Counted from the first letter of the stretch, positions 39,256 through 49,752 are shown. The stretch is DNA of 64,000 nt from Candidatus Sulfomarinibacteraceae bacterium (GCA_963796455.1 CAWCLO010000006.1:229765-293764), one strand, 5' to 3'. Numbers and translations are program-made. The notes: generated by a model from the sequence alone, not told the origin.

Positions 39256-39632
39256 ATGAATCTCACGATCACCATTGACGAGGAGGTCCTTCGCCGGGCG
39301 CGGATCCGCGCCCTTCAGCAGGGCACATCGGTCAACGCTCTGCTTCGCGATTTCCTCGAAAGCTACGCCGGCTCGAACATCGAGGCGGAAGCGCGCCGTC
39401 TTCTCGCGAAAATGGCTCGTGAGTCGACTGCGTCGAGCGGCCCCGGCGGCAGAACATGGACCCGCAGCTGGTCACGCAGTCCATCGAAACCGCCCGCCGC
39501 TTCGACATCGCGATCTGGGACGCACTGATCATCGAGGCCGCGCGCGCGGCCGGCTGCACGACCGTGCTCAGCGAAGACCTCCAGGTGGGCCAGGATTTTG
39601 ACCGCGTGACAGTCGCGAATCCATTTGCGTGA
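39256..39632 (+). pseudogene. vapBC remnant: a copy of the 41098..41765 locus carrying a 291-bp internal deletion that fuses vapB to the 3' end of vapC out of frame
   Basis: The first ~70 codons are near-identical to VapB at 41098 (MNLTITIDEEVLRRARIRALQQGTSVNALL...). After GACCCGCA (39459..39466) the DNA continues as the vapC 3' end (DPQLVTQSIETARRFDIAIWDALIIEAARAAGCTTVLSEDLQ...ANPFA*, stop 39630..39632). Confidence 0.8.
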
Positions 39633-39875
39633 ATAGGCCTGTCGCGCGCACCGGGTGACACGTATCACGCCAGGGTGCCGCGGAGAGATTCGCACCTTCG
39701 TTAGGGGTGATACCCGTTATGTGGCAACCATGATCTCTCATTCTCATTGGTGCTATCCTGAAGCGCGTATCCATTGCGAATCGACAGTGAATCGGGGCTG
39801 CATGGCGGCCCGCGCCCGGCAGCCAATTCTTGAAATCCCGGGGAAGACCCGGCCCTGCAAAGGAGGACTCCACCA

Positions 39876-40319
39876 ATGTCTTTCAAGTCTCTGAACCGCT
39901 CGAGAAAACGCGCCTGGTCGACGACTCTCATTCTGGTGCCACTCCTGATGATCTGTCCAAACTTGGGCGCTGACGATCTTTCGTCAGAAATCAAAACGGT
40001 ACTGAAGGCAGAGCTCGAAAAAGAATTCGGCCCGCTCGAAGCCCAGATCATGGCCGACGACCAACAAATGTGGGGCCGGGTGATCTCTATCGACTATGAG
40101 CTCCCGGAAGGCACGCGGCTGGACGACACCTGGGGTGACAAAGTCGTCGCGGCCGCAGCCCGGTTGGGGATCACCGCGGAGGTCGACGGAAACGAGGTGC
40201 GGGCCGACGGGCAGACAATAGCCGGCAATGAAGCCTCCAGTATGCAGTTCACAACCGCCCGAAATCTCGACGATCCGGACGCCATCGCTTTCACGGCGAT
40301 GTTCACAGGGGGCGGTTGA
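39876..40319 (+). CDS. Hypothetical secreted protein
   Basis: AAAGGAGGA RBS and a signal-like N-terminus (KRAWSTTLILVPLLMICPNLGA). No family recognised. Confidence 0.5.
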   Translation: MSFKSLNRSRKRAWSTTLILVPLLMICPNLGADDLSSEIKTVLKAELEKEFGPLEAQIMADDQQMWGRVISIDYELPEGTRLDDTWGDKVVAAAARLGITAEVDGNEVRADGQTIAGNEASSMQFTTARNLDDPDAIAFTAMFTGGG

Positions 40320-40330
40320 CTTTCCGAGCG

Positions 40331-40382
40331 GGTGGCACTGAACCCAGTCTCACGATGAGGCAATGCGAAGTGTGGCGCCCAT
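40331..40382 (+). repeat. Family-2 intergenic module (copy iv, nearly full length)
   Basis: GGTGGCACTGAACCCAGTCTCACGATGAGGCAATGCGAAGTGTGGCGCCCAT, starting 12 nt after the stop of 39876..40319. Confidence 0.75.
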
Positions 40383-40453
40383 CTGATCGTTCAGCTGATC
40401 CAAGCGAATTTGCAGAGTGATTCGTGGGGCCCAAACCCGTCCACGCTGCCTTG

Positions 40454-40789
40454 TCAGGAGGCGCTCGGACAACCGGTAGCGACCGCGAGGGCCCTGCACA
40501 CCTCGTCCATGACATCTGCGCTGAGGTGGCCGATGAAACTGCACAACCGAGATCGATCGACGGTTTGAACGTGGTCCAGATTGACCGCAGAATCACGCTT
40601 CAACCCGTGCTCTATCCCGACCCGCACCTCGCTGGGAACCCCGTAAATCGCTGATGTGATCGGCGCCACCATCACCGTCCGCAGAAGCGGGATCACGCTC
40701 TGCCGGCTGATAACCAGCACCGGCCGCCTCTTGTCAGGTTTGGCGAAGTCGTAAATCCAGATGTCGCCGCGCTTCACTCTTCGGGCCAC
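40454..40789 (-). CDS. Type II toxin, MazF/PemK-family endoribonuclease
   Basis: VKRGDIWIYDFAKPDKRRPVLVISRQSVI...VAPITS matches the PemK/MazF pattern. Confidence 0.85.
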   Translation of the reverse strand: MARRVKRGDIWIYDFAKPDKRRPVLVISRQSVIPLLRTVMVAPITSAIYGVPSEVRVGIEHGLKRDSAVNLDHVQTVDRSRLCSFIGHLSADVMDEVCRALAVATGCPSAS

Positions 40790-41007
40790 GAACCCTCCTC
40801 GCCCCAGCCGTCAAGTTCTTCACTGACTTGGAGGCTGTCGCCGTAGCCCTGTTTGTATTGGGCATCCATGCGCGCTTCACGCTGACTCTCGAGATAGGCC
40901 GAAACCAGCCCTCGCAGTACCTTCGAGCGGCCGATCCGTTGGACCTCCTCGTCCTCGTCCAGGCCTGCCAGCAGTTTCTCGTCGATTAAAATCTGTACAT
41001 GTTTCAT
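40774..41007 (-). CDS. Cognate antitoxin (ribbon-helix-helix / CopG-like)
   Basis: 77-aa ORF that overlaps the toxin start by 16 nt. MKHVQILIDEKLLAGLDE...RSKVLRGLVSAYL fits an RHH fold, and the tail is acidic. Confidence 0.7.
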   Translation of the reverse strand: MKHVQILIDEKLLAGLDEDEEVQRIGRSKVLRGLVSAYLESQREARMDAQYKQGYGDSLQVSEELDGWGEEGSWPEE

Positions 41008-41097
41008 GTTGATAATATATGTTGATATTTATGATGAATCAAGGCAAACGGTTGGATAATTGATCCCGTGCTACACTGATTCCGTGGAGCACGGTCT

Positions 41098-41364
41098 ATG
41101 AATCTCACCATCACCGTTGACGACGAGGTCCTTCGCCGAGCCCGGATCCGCGCCCTTCAGCAGGGCACATCGGTCAACGCTCTGCTTCGCGAGTTCCTCG
41201 AAAGCTACGCCGGCTCGAACATCGAGGCGGAAGCGCGGCGTCGCCTCGCGACATTGGCTCGTGAGTCAACCGCGTCGAGCGGCTCCGGCGGCAGAGCATG
41301 GACCCGCAACGACGTCTACAGCGACCGCTTCGATCACGATCAGTCGGTCCACGAATCAGAATGA
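41098..41364 (+). CDS. vapB: Type II antitoxin VapB (RHH-like)
   Basis: MNLTITVDDEVLRRARIRALQQGTSVNALLREFLESY; its stop overlaps the vapC ATG (ATGA at 41361..41364). Confidence 0.8.
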   Translation: MNLTITVDDEVLRRARIRALQQGTSVNALLREFLESYAGSNIEAEARRRLATLARESTASSGSGGRAWTRNDVYSDRFDHDQSVHESE

Positions 41365-41765
41365 GCTCTTTTGTCGACACCAATGTCGTGGTCTATGCCT
41401 TCGACCTTGCCGATCCGCCCAAACAGCGCGTTGCCATCGAGATCCTGGAAAAAGGCGACCGCCTCGTGCTCAGCACCCAGGTCCTGCTCGAAACATGGTG
41501 GGTGCTGACTCGTAGGCTCGCCAACCCACTTGAAGACTCCCAGGCATCGGAAGTTATCGATCGACTCAGTGAACTGCCGGTCGTTTCCACCGACCCGCAG
41601 CTGGTCACGCAGTCCATCGAAACCGCCCGCCGCTTCGATATCGCGATCTGGGACGCACTGATCATCGAGGCAGCCCGTGCGGCCGGTTGCACGACCGTGC
41701 TCAGCGAAGATCTCCAGGCGGGCCAGGATTTTGACGGCGTGACAGTGGCGAATCCATTCGTTTGA
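41361..41765 (+). CDS. vapC: Type II toxin VapC (PIN-domain ribonuclease)
   Basis: MSSFVDTNVVVYAFD..., ...STQVLLE..., ...DALIIEAA..., showing the acidic PIN residue pattern; this is the internal start of ORF 41298..41765. Confidence 0.85.
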   Translation: MSSFVDTNVVVYAFDLADPPKQRVAIEILEKGDRLVLSTQVLLETWWVLTRRLANPLEDSQASEVIDRLSELPVVSTDPQLVTQSIETARRFDIAIWDALIIEAARAAGCTTVLSEDLQAGQDFDGVTVANPFV

Positions 41766-41861
41766 ACCAGCCTGTCGCACGAACTGGATCACGTGCGCCA
41801 CGCCAAGGTGCTCCTGATGATGCGAGCTCCTGCGTGGTACGCTTTTCGGTAGGACCAATCG

Positions 41862-44800
41862 ATGAGAAGTACCCCCAGAGCTTCCGTGAATCCACTGTGT
41901 GGTTGCACGCCCGCCGCCTGGCGGGTGCGAGGGGCGATGGCGGCTGTGCTCGTTTTCGCTGTGGTGCTCCCCGTGACCGCTGCCGTTCAGCCAGAAGACC
42001 CGGTCGCAGTCGAACGGCTCCGCAGAACGGTTGGCGGAGGCTCGAGCGTCAGCCTTGATCGAGCCACCGGCACCGTGAGCTTCTTGAGAATCGAGACACC
42101 ACTGAAGGTCGAGACGAAGACCGGGCAGATACCTCACGAGCAGACTATGGCTTTTCTCGAGACGCAAGCCGGTGCATTCGGTCTCGACGATCCCCGGAGC
42201 GAACTCGTTCTGCTCGGCACATCGATCGACCGTTTCGGCTTTTCGCACGCACGGTACCAGCAGTTTCATCGCGGGGTTCCGGTGTTCGCTTCCGACCTAC
42301 GCAGCCACTTCGACCGCGACGGCGCGCTGGTGGCCATCAGCTCGACGATAGTTCCGATTGGAACCCTCGACCCGGTGGCCGGTATCCCAACCAAGCGCGC
42401 AGCAACAATCGCAGTGACCGCCGTCGAAGAACTGCTGGAATCTCGGCGCGTTGGATTAATCCTCAATGCTCTCGAACCACAGCTCATGATCTTCCGCACG
42501 GGCCTCCTGCAAGGCATCGCCGGGCACAACCATCTTGCCTACCGTATCGAGGTGGTCGACCGGGCCCGCGGGATTCGCGAGTTTCTCTTCGTCGACGCTC
42601 ACTCCGGCACGGTCCTGGATCGGATCAGCGGCATCCACCACGACATCGATCGTGAGATCTTTTCGGGCGCCTTCGACCCCGCAAACCTGGTGTGGTCCGA
42701 GGGAGACACCCTGCCGTTCGTGGGCGACGAGGCCGCTGCCATCAACAACCTGATCGACTTCGCTGAGGACAGCTACAACTTCTTTCTCACCCTCAGCGGC
42801 GGCACCCACCCGTCCTTCGACGCCGCCGACGCCACCATGAAGAGCGTCTTCGACGACGAAGCGCTGGGCTGCTTGCTCGCGCCCAACGCTTCCTGGAATG
42901 GTGTCAACACCAGCTACTGCAGCGGCACCACAGCAGACGACGTGGTGGCTCACGAGTGGGCCCATGCCTACACCGAGTACAACCACGGGTTGATCTACCA
43001 GTGGCAGCCGGGCGCCCTCAACGAGTCCTACTCGGACATCTTCGGTGAGGTCATCGACTGGCTCAACGGCGCCGGATCGGACGCGCCGTTGACGGCCCGA
43101 TCGAGCGACGGGACCGAGTGTTCGGCCTACGACCCCGTCAGCCCGGGTTCCGACGACAGCCTCCGCTGGCTCGAGGGCGAGGACGCCACGGCCTTCGGCG
43201 GCGCCATCCGCGATCTGTGGAGTCCGGAGTGCCACGATCATCCCGGGCGGGTGAGCTCCACCTCCTACAAGTGCTCGATCGAGGATGGCGGCGGCGTCCA
43301 CAGCAACTCTGGGGTCCCGAACCACGCTTTCGCCCTGCTCGTCGACGGTGGCACGTACAACGGCCAGGCGATCTCGGGAATCGGGCACATCCGGGCAGCC
43401 CAGATCTACTGGTACGCCATGACCACCTATCAGGGGCCGGCCACCGATTTCGCCGACCACGCCGATGCGCTCGAGGCTTCGTGTACCGCACTCATCGGCG
43501 TCGATCTGCCGGCGCCGAGCACTGACACGGACACTCCCGAATCCTCGGGGCTCACGATCACCGCGGGCCACTGCGCGGAACTCGCCAAGGTCATCCTGGC
43601 GACGGAGCTGCGGTCGGAGCCGACACAGTGCGGTTTCGAACCCATCTTCGATCCCGATCCCCCAGCGCTGTGCGCAGGGCTCGGCGCCAAGCAGACCTTT
43701 TCCTTCACCGACTGGGAGACCGGGCTCGGCGGTTGGACCGTGAGCACCCGTGACGTGCTCAGCCCGTCAACCTTCGACACACCCGACTGGGCTGTCGTCG
43801 GCGATCTCCCGGACGCACGCGCCGGGATGGCGGCCTTCGTCGATGACATCCTGGGCGGCGACTGCGTCGATGATCTCGAGGCCGGCGTGCTGATCCTCGA
43901 AAGCCCCGATATCGAGATCCCGGCGGGCGCCCAGGTGCCTCGCATCGCCATCGACCAGTGGCTGGCGACCGAAGTGTTGCAGGACGGCGGCAACCTCAAG
44001 GTGAGCGTCAACGGCGGGCCCTTCGACCTGGTACCGATCTCCGCCTTCGACGTCGGCCCCTATAACGACACCCTGGCGGTCCTTGTCATCACTCCCGATT
44101 TCGATATCGGAGAGAGCGACAACCCGATGCGGGGCGAGGCCGCCTTCACCGGCACCGACGGTGGTGAGGTCAGCGGTAGTTGGGGCCAGTCCCACGTCTC
44201 GCTCTACGGCCCCGCCGCACCGGCGACACCATCAGGCTGCGATTCGAGTTCGGCATCGACGGCTGCAACGGCCTCACCGGCTGGTACGTGGACGAAGTCG
44301 AGTTCTACAGCTGCGCCGACGAGCTGCCGCCTTCTGATTGCGGCAACGGTTCCTACGACGAAGGCGAGATCTGCGACGACGGCAACGCGGTCAACAACGA
44401 CGGGTGCTCCAACACCTGCCAGGTCGAACCAGGCTGGCAGTGCACCGAACCAATGGCTTCAGGAACCATCGAAGACCCGAGCTTCGAGGCCGGCTACCCA
44501 AGCACCGCTTGGACGGTCGAATCCGATGCCGGGCTCCCGGTCATCTGCAGCTACGGGACCTGCTTTGCCGACGTCGCCTACGACGGCGACTGGTACGCAT
44601 GGTTCGGCGGCGTCTTCTTCGACCCCGAGGAGGCCAGCCTGAGCCAGGACATCACCATCAACGAAGACAACACAACGCTCGACTTCCACCTGATGATCGA
44701 CGCCTGCGACAGCGCAGCCGACTATCTCGAGGTCCTGATCGACGGCGAGCAGGTTTGGAGCGTCACCGGCTCCAGCCCACTCTGCGGAAACACCTCGTGG

Positions 44801-45022
44801 AGCGCCCACTCCATCGACGTCACCGGCTCCAACGACGGCGAAAGCCACACCCTCACCTTCCACAGCCAGACCTTCGCCCAGAACCTGCTGTTCTCGAACT
44901 TCTACATCGACCAACTCAGCCTTCCCGGCCAGGCAAGCGTCTGCACCGCGGATCCGCCCCCCATTTTTACCGACGATTTCGAAACCGGAAGCCCTTCAGA
45001 GTGGACTTCTTCCGTGCCCTGA
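41862..45022 (+). pseudogene. Secreted M4 (thermolysin-family) zinc metalloprotease with a long C-terminal extension, interrupted by one apparent frameshift near 44205-44225
   Basis: The catalytic core VVAHEWAHAYTEYNHGLIYQWQPGALNESYSDIFGE carries HExxH plus NExxSD. After ...SWGQSHVSLYGP the sensible reading moves to the frame of ORF 44180..45022 (GDTIRLRFEFGIDGCNGLTGWYVDEVEFYSC). That frame contains the Cys-rich repeat CGNGSYDEGEICDDGNAVNNDGCSNTCQVEPGWQC and ends IFTDDFETGSPSEWTSSVP. The span is 3161 nt, which is 3n+2. Confidence 0.8.
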
Positions 45023-45027
45023 GCCAT

Positions 45028-45159
45028 CCTCACAATTGCCATCCAACTGCTCAGGCCCAAAACGGTCTTAGGAATTTCTCGCATGGGTGCATGGGTGCCA
45101 CTGATCACAACCTCACAATTGCCATTCACCTGCCAGGCCCAACGGTCTTTCGAATTTGC
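45028..45159 (+). repeat. Family-2-related tandem duplication (two units 83 bp apart) directly after the protease stop
   Basis: Unit 1 (45028..45078): CCTCACAATTGCCATCCAACTGCTCAGGCCCAAAACGGTCTTAGGAATTTC. Unit 2 (45111..45159): CCTCACAATTGCCATTCACCTGCCAGGCCCAACGGTCTTTCGAATTTGC. Between them lie ATGGGTGCC (45091..45099, the only inverted core box) and ACTGATCACAA. Confidence 0.75.
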
Positions 45160-45268
45160 ACAATCAATCGAGGAAACGCCAATTCGTTGGGCCTCAATCC
45201 TCTCAAAAAATTTTTGATCGAGCAGAATAGACGATCCTGAAAACCCCCGGTAAACACGGTTGCGTATA

Positions 45269-45293
45269 TATCGCGTGATGAAGTATCGCGTGA
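45269..45293 (+). promoter_or_regulatory. Direct repeat TATCGCGTGA x2 upstream of padR (possible operator or promoter element)
   Basis: TATCGCGTGA occurs at 45269..45278 and 45284..45293 (15-bp period), about 60 nt upstream of the PadR start. Confidence 0.3.
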
Positions 45294-45352
45294 CGTAGTT
45301 TCTCTCCGCGCGCCAGCGATTGAGGGAACTCTTCAGAACCTGGAGGCCTGCG

Positions 45353-45685
45353 ATGTTCAGCGCCAACCTGAAACGGGGCAGCATCGAACTGCTGATCCTC
45401 TCGACCTTGGAAAACCGGGTCCGACATGGCTATGAGATTGGGGAGCCGCCGGAGAAGCGCTCGTCGGGCCGGCTCGAGTTCCGGGTTTCCACTCTCTACA
45501 CCGCGCTTTATCGGATGGAGGAGCGTGGCTGGATCAAAGGCCGATGGGTCGAGAAGGCCCGTGAGCGGAGACGTTGTTACTACACGCTGACGCCGGCCGG
45601 CAAAAAGATTCTGGCCAGCCAAGAGAAGGGAGTGGAACAACTTTCGTCCACGATCAACCAGGTGATCGGGCTGAGCCATGCCTGA
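45353..45685 (+). CDS. PadR-family transcriptional regulator
   Basis: ATG at 45353 follows CTGGAGG. LKRGSIELLILSTLENRVRHGYEI...STLYTALYRMEERGWIKGRWVE...RRCYYTLTPAGKK is the PadR winged-helix pattern. Confidence 0.85.
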   Translation: MFSANLKRGSIELLILSTLENRVRHGYEIGEPPEKRSSGRLEFRVSTLYTALYRMEERGWIKGRWVEKARERRRCYYTLTPAGKKILASQEKGVEQLSSTINQVIGLSHA

Positions 45686-48381
45686 TCGAGCCCGCCACCG
45701 AGCCGTCCGAGAACTGGCCGATCACCTCGAAGACCTGTATCAAGAGGCGCTCGATCGGGGCGCCACCGATGACGAGGCCCAAGAGTATGTGGAAACAAAA
45801 CTGGGCGAGACCGCCGACACCGCCGCCGACGTCCTGACGGCGGCTCGGGAAAAACTCGGAAGCCGCCTTGGCAACTGGGCCGAGGGGCGCGAGGACAGCC
45901 TTCTGGGCTCGAACGCCTCTTTCGCCGCGGCGGCTGACCGGCTGCGCGAGCTTCGGTTGGCGGTGCGCTCGTTGATGAGACGACCCGCTTCTTTCTCCTG
46001 GTGGCCATGGTCTCCCTGACCATCGGCATCGGGGCCAACACGGCCATTTTTTCGCTGGTGAACGCCGTTTTCATCCGCCAGTTTCCTTACGAGAATTCCG
46101 AACAGTCCGTGCGGGTCTATACCGTGGTTCCAGAACCGCACCGACTACGGAACAAGCTCGTTCCCGAACTACCTGGACATCCGCGACTTTGACGGTCCTT
46201 TCCAGGCCTCGGGGCGTTTAAGACGGTACTTTCGCGGGTGGAGCTCCAGGACGAGACCGTCCGCATCATGGGTGAGGCGGTCTCCCAGACTCTCTTTCCC
46301 ATGCTGGGCGTGGACACCGCTATTGGTCGGTCATTCCTGCCAGAGGAGGAGAACCCGGCGCACACCCGGTGATGATGCTGGGGCACGGCTTCTGGCAGCG
46401 CACCTTCGCAGGCGACCCGGAGATCGTCGGCAAGACGATCCGTCTCGCGGGGAGGGAGCTTTACGGTTGTGGGTGTCACCCCGGAGGGCTTCCACGGGCT
46501 GACGGGCGCCGTGTTCCGCGGACTTCTTCGTCCCCCTGGTGATGTACCCAACGGTGTCCGGATCGTCGAACGACTCACACCTCGAGGACCGGCTCGACCG
46601 CAGGTACTTCGTGTTGGGCAGGGTCGCCGAGGGGGTGACGCTGGAGAGCATGCGGGCAGGTCTCGAGGTGCTCGCCAGCCGCATCCAAAAAGACAACCCC
46701 GACATCGATCAGGAGTGGATCTTCACGACCGTTCCCCTGGAGGACGTGGCTCTCGATCCGGAGTTCGACAGCGCCGTCAAGCCCTTTGCCATGCTCTTCA
46801 TGGCCGCCGGTGGTCTGGTCCTGCTCCTGGCTTGCACGAATCTGTCGTCATTCCTCCTGGCCCGAGGTGCGGAGCGCGAGAAGGAGATCGCACTCCGGCT
46901 CGCCATCGGCGCGCAACGCGGCGCACTGGTACGGCAGCTGCTCACCGAGACGATGCTCTTGGCGTTGCTGGGTGGGGCCTCGGGGCTCGTGGCTTCCCAA
47001 GGGCTGTTGAGCCTGCTCGCCCGTTACCAGCCCCCACTTCCGGTTCCCATCACCCTCGACCTGGGGTTGGACATGACGGTTCTCCTCTTCACCTTCGGGA
47101 TCTCGTGCCTGGCCGGTCTGCTCTTCGGCCTGGCACCGGCCCTGCGCAGCACCAGCCCCGATGTGCCTTCAGCCCTGAAGGAAGGCACGGCCGCGACTCG
47201 TCATCGACGTTTCGGTCTGCAGAACGGTCTCGTGGCTTTCCAGATGGAGCTGTCGGTCGTACTACTGATGGGAGGCGGCCTTTTCGTGCGCAGCCTGGCG
47301 GCAGCCGAAATGCGGACCTGGGTTTCTCCACCAGGAACGCGGAAATCGCCTGGTTGGATCTTTCGATCAGCGGCGTTCCGGCCGCCGAGCAGCTCGCCAT
47401 GCGGGATGAGCTGACTCGCCGGGCTCGCGCCCTACCCGGCATCGACAAGGCGACCTCTGCGTCGCACATCCCCTTCCTGTTCCCCGCCAGCGGCGGGTTC
47501 TCTCCATCCCAGGTGCTGATCCGCCGCCCCGGGGGTCCGGCCACAACGTGCAACGGGAGGAGGTTGACCCGGAGTTTTTCGCGACGATGGGGATCCCGGT
47601 GCTGGAGGGACGATCCTCACCAACGACGATCGCCCGGACACCCGTGCTGTCGCCATGGTGAACGAGACCGCCGCCAAACGCTTCTGGCCCGGAGGAACCC
47701 CCGTGGGCAGGCAATTCTCCCTACCTCGAATCCGAAAGCACGGTGCGGATCGTTGGTGTCGTCAAGGACACCAAGGTCGAGCGGCTCCGGGAACCAGCCA
47801 AACCGCTCTTCTACTTCCCCATCGCACAGAGCCCGGACTCGGACATCGTGCTGGTGGCCCGCAGCCCCGCGGCACCCGAGGAGATCACCGTGATGCTCAA
47901 AAAGGAGTCGATCCGGGAAGTGAGCCCGAGCCTGATGATCATGGATGCGAAGACGATGGAGGAAAACGTCGGCGTGATCCTGCTCCCGGGCCGCATTGCC
48001 GCCTTTCTCCTGGGTGTCTTCGGCCTGCTCGCGCTGACCCTCGCCTCCATCGGACTTTATGGCGTGGTCAGCTTCTCGGCTACCCGGCGCACCCGTGAGA
48101 TGGGCATCAGGATTTCCCTCGGGGCCGACGCACGGACACTGATCGCCATGATCCTGAGGAGCGCCATGGCCGTGGTGGGCATCGGGGGAATCGTCGGCCT
48201 CGCCACCGCTTTCGGCCTCGCCCAGCTCGTCCGGCACGTGCTGTACGGGGTGGGGCCTTTGGACCTCGCGACCATCCTCGGCGTGCCCTTTGTGCTCAGC
48301 TGCGTGGCTGCTGGAGCCGCTCTGATCCCTGCGCTCCGTGCGAGCCAGGTGGACCCGGTGAAGGCCCTGAAGTACGAGTAG
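45678..48381 (+). pseudogene. ADOP-family duplicated permease (PadR-linked), broken by at least eight frameshifts
   Basis: The ATG overlaps the padR stop. Recognisable ADOP blocks sit in alternating frames: ...RELRLAVRSLMRRPA / FFLLVAMVSLTIGIGANTAIFSLVNAVF / TSSFPNYLDIRDF / VELQDETVRIMGEAVSQTLFPMLGVD / PVMMLGHGFWQRTFAGDPEIVGKTIRL / FVPLVMYP...LLLACTNLSSFLLARGAEREKEIALRLAIGAQRG... / LGFSTRNAEIAWLDLS / VDPEFFATMGIPVLEGR / AVAMVNETAAKRFWPGG / VRIVGVVKDTK...TREMGIRISLGA...ASQVDPVKALKYE*. Confidence 0.8.
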
Positions 48382-48523
48382 GCGGAATAGCGTATTCGCG
48401 GCGATCTGAGGTTTGCTCACAGAGCATTCCACCAGGCCGTATCCGAAACCGCCGGTCGCCGGACCGTCTCGCTCAGAATGACAGGGTTCCGATCGGCACA
48501 TTGACATGTGAAATAATCCGTCG

Positions 48524-49710
48524 ATGCGAGTTTTGCGTGCCGTCGCCCTGATTGCCGTTCTGAGCGTTACGACATCGTGCGCCCGTGACCCGGACCCCAT
48601 GGGTCTGACCGACCGGGCGCTCGACGATGCCATCGCTGGAATCGAAGCGGGACACAGAACCACACCCGTCGTCGTACAACCGGCCCCCGGCTCGGACGCA
48701 ACGGTCACCTTCCTGGTCAAGAGCTCCAACGGTCCCGTACCCCGCATCGTCTCGGATGTCACTGGATGGGGCGAGAGCCCGGACGACAGCTTCTTCGACC
48801 AGTCCATCGGCACGATGACCCGATATCGCTTGACCGACTGGTACCGGCTCGAGACCCAAGTCGCCGCACGCTCCCGGATCGAGTACCTGGTCGTGCTCGG
48901 CGATACCGACTACCGGGTCGATCCAAACAACCCGCGACGGGCATGGTCGCGCGGCGGCCACGCCGTCTCCGAATTCGTGACCCCCGACCACGTGCCGCCG
49001 CCCGAGCTGACCGACCCTCCCGTGACACCTCACGGCAGAACGATCGAAGCGGCAATCGACAGCCGCGCACTCGGCGCGCCGCGCCGGTTGCTCGTCTGTC
49101 GCCTCCCGGTTACCGCGGCGACGGCGGCTACCCGGTCGCGGTGTTTCACGCCGGCCGGGGGGTGGCGCACGAAGGACAGGCAGCGCGCGTTCTCGATTGG
49201 ATCATCGCCCACGGGGAAATCGAACCGATCGTAGGCCTGTTCCTGGATTCGTACCTTCCAGGCGATCCCGACAACCACGAGGGGCCGCCTCTCCGCACAT
49301 TCCTGACCGAGGAGGCGCCGCGATGAGTTTGGCCCCGGGCTATGCCGTCTCAGCATCGGTGCGAGATGGGCTGTCCTCGCCATTTCCTACGCGCGAGAGG
49401 ATGCCCTCCATGCCGCCCTCTCCCCCACCCGGGCATTCGGACGACTCGGGCTGCTGATTCCGGGGCGACGGTTGACCTCCTCGAACATCGAGGAGTTTTC
49501 GCTCCAGCATGGGCATCGCCTCCAGATCGCCATCGTCGCAGGCCGCTACGACCAGGCCAACCTCCCCACGGCTCGAAACGCACAACGGGCACTTGCAGAC
49601 GCCGGCCACGCGTCGATTTCATCGAGATCCCAGAAGGCCACAACGCCACAACTTGGCGCAACCACCTTCGCGACGCGTTCGTCAGCCTCTTTGGTGGTCA
49701 CGACACCTGA
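48524..49710 (+). pseudogene. Secreted esterase (enterochelin-esterase/esterase-D-like fold), several frameshifts
   Basis: The lipoprotein-like signal MRVLRAVALIAVLSVTTSC and an N-terminal beta domain are in frame 1. PPGYRGDGGYPVAVFHAGRG...IVGLFLDSY is in frame 2. RAFGRLGLLIPG (in the frame of ORF 49472..49717) and VDFIEIPEGHNATTWRNHLRDAFVSLFGG (ORF 49342..49710) are in further frames. The family call is from motif memory only. Confidence 0.55.
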
Positions 49711-49752
49711 TCAATAACCAAGGCGCACGATAGGCCGCGCGATACACAGTAA

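Noticed and set aside
41340-43571. Minus-strand ORFs 41340..42269 (309 aa) and 42456..43571 (371 aa)
   Set aside because: They are antisense to vapC and the M4 protease core, which has HExxH/NExxSD on the + strand. Their composition is typical of shadow ORFs.
44338-45240. 300-aa + ORF overlapping the protease C-terminal region and the downstream repeats
   Set aside because: Arg-rich out-of-frame product. The competing frame (44180..45022) carries the Cys-rich repeat and the conserved FETG tail.
46469-47893. 474-aa + ORF across the ADOP region
   Set aside because: Mostly Arg/Pro/Gly-rich out-of-frame text. It coincides with the real permease frame only for short stretches (for example GVTPEGFHGLTGAV and LGFSTRNAEIAWLDLS). 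It is best explained as one of the frames of a multiply frameshifted pseudogene.
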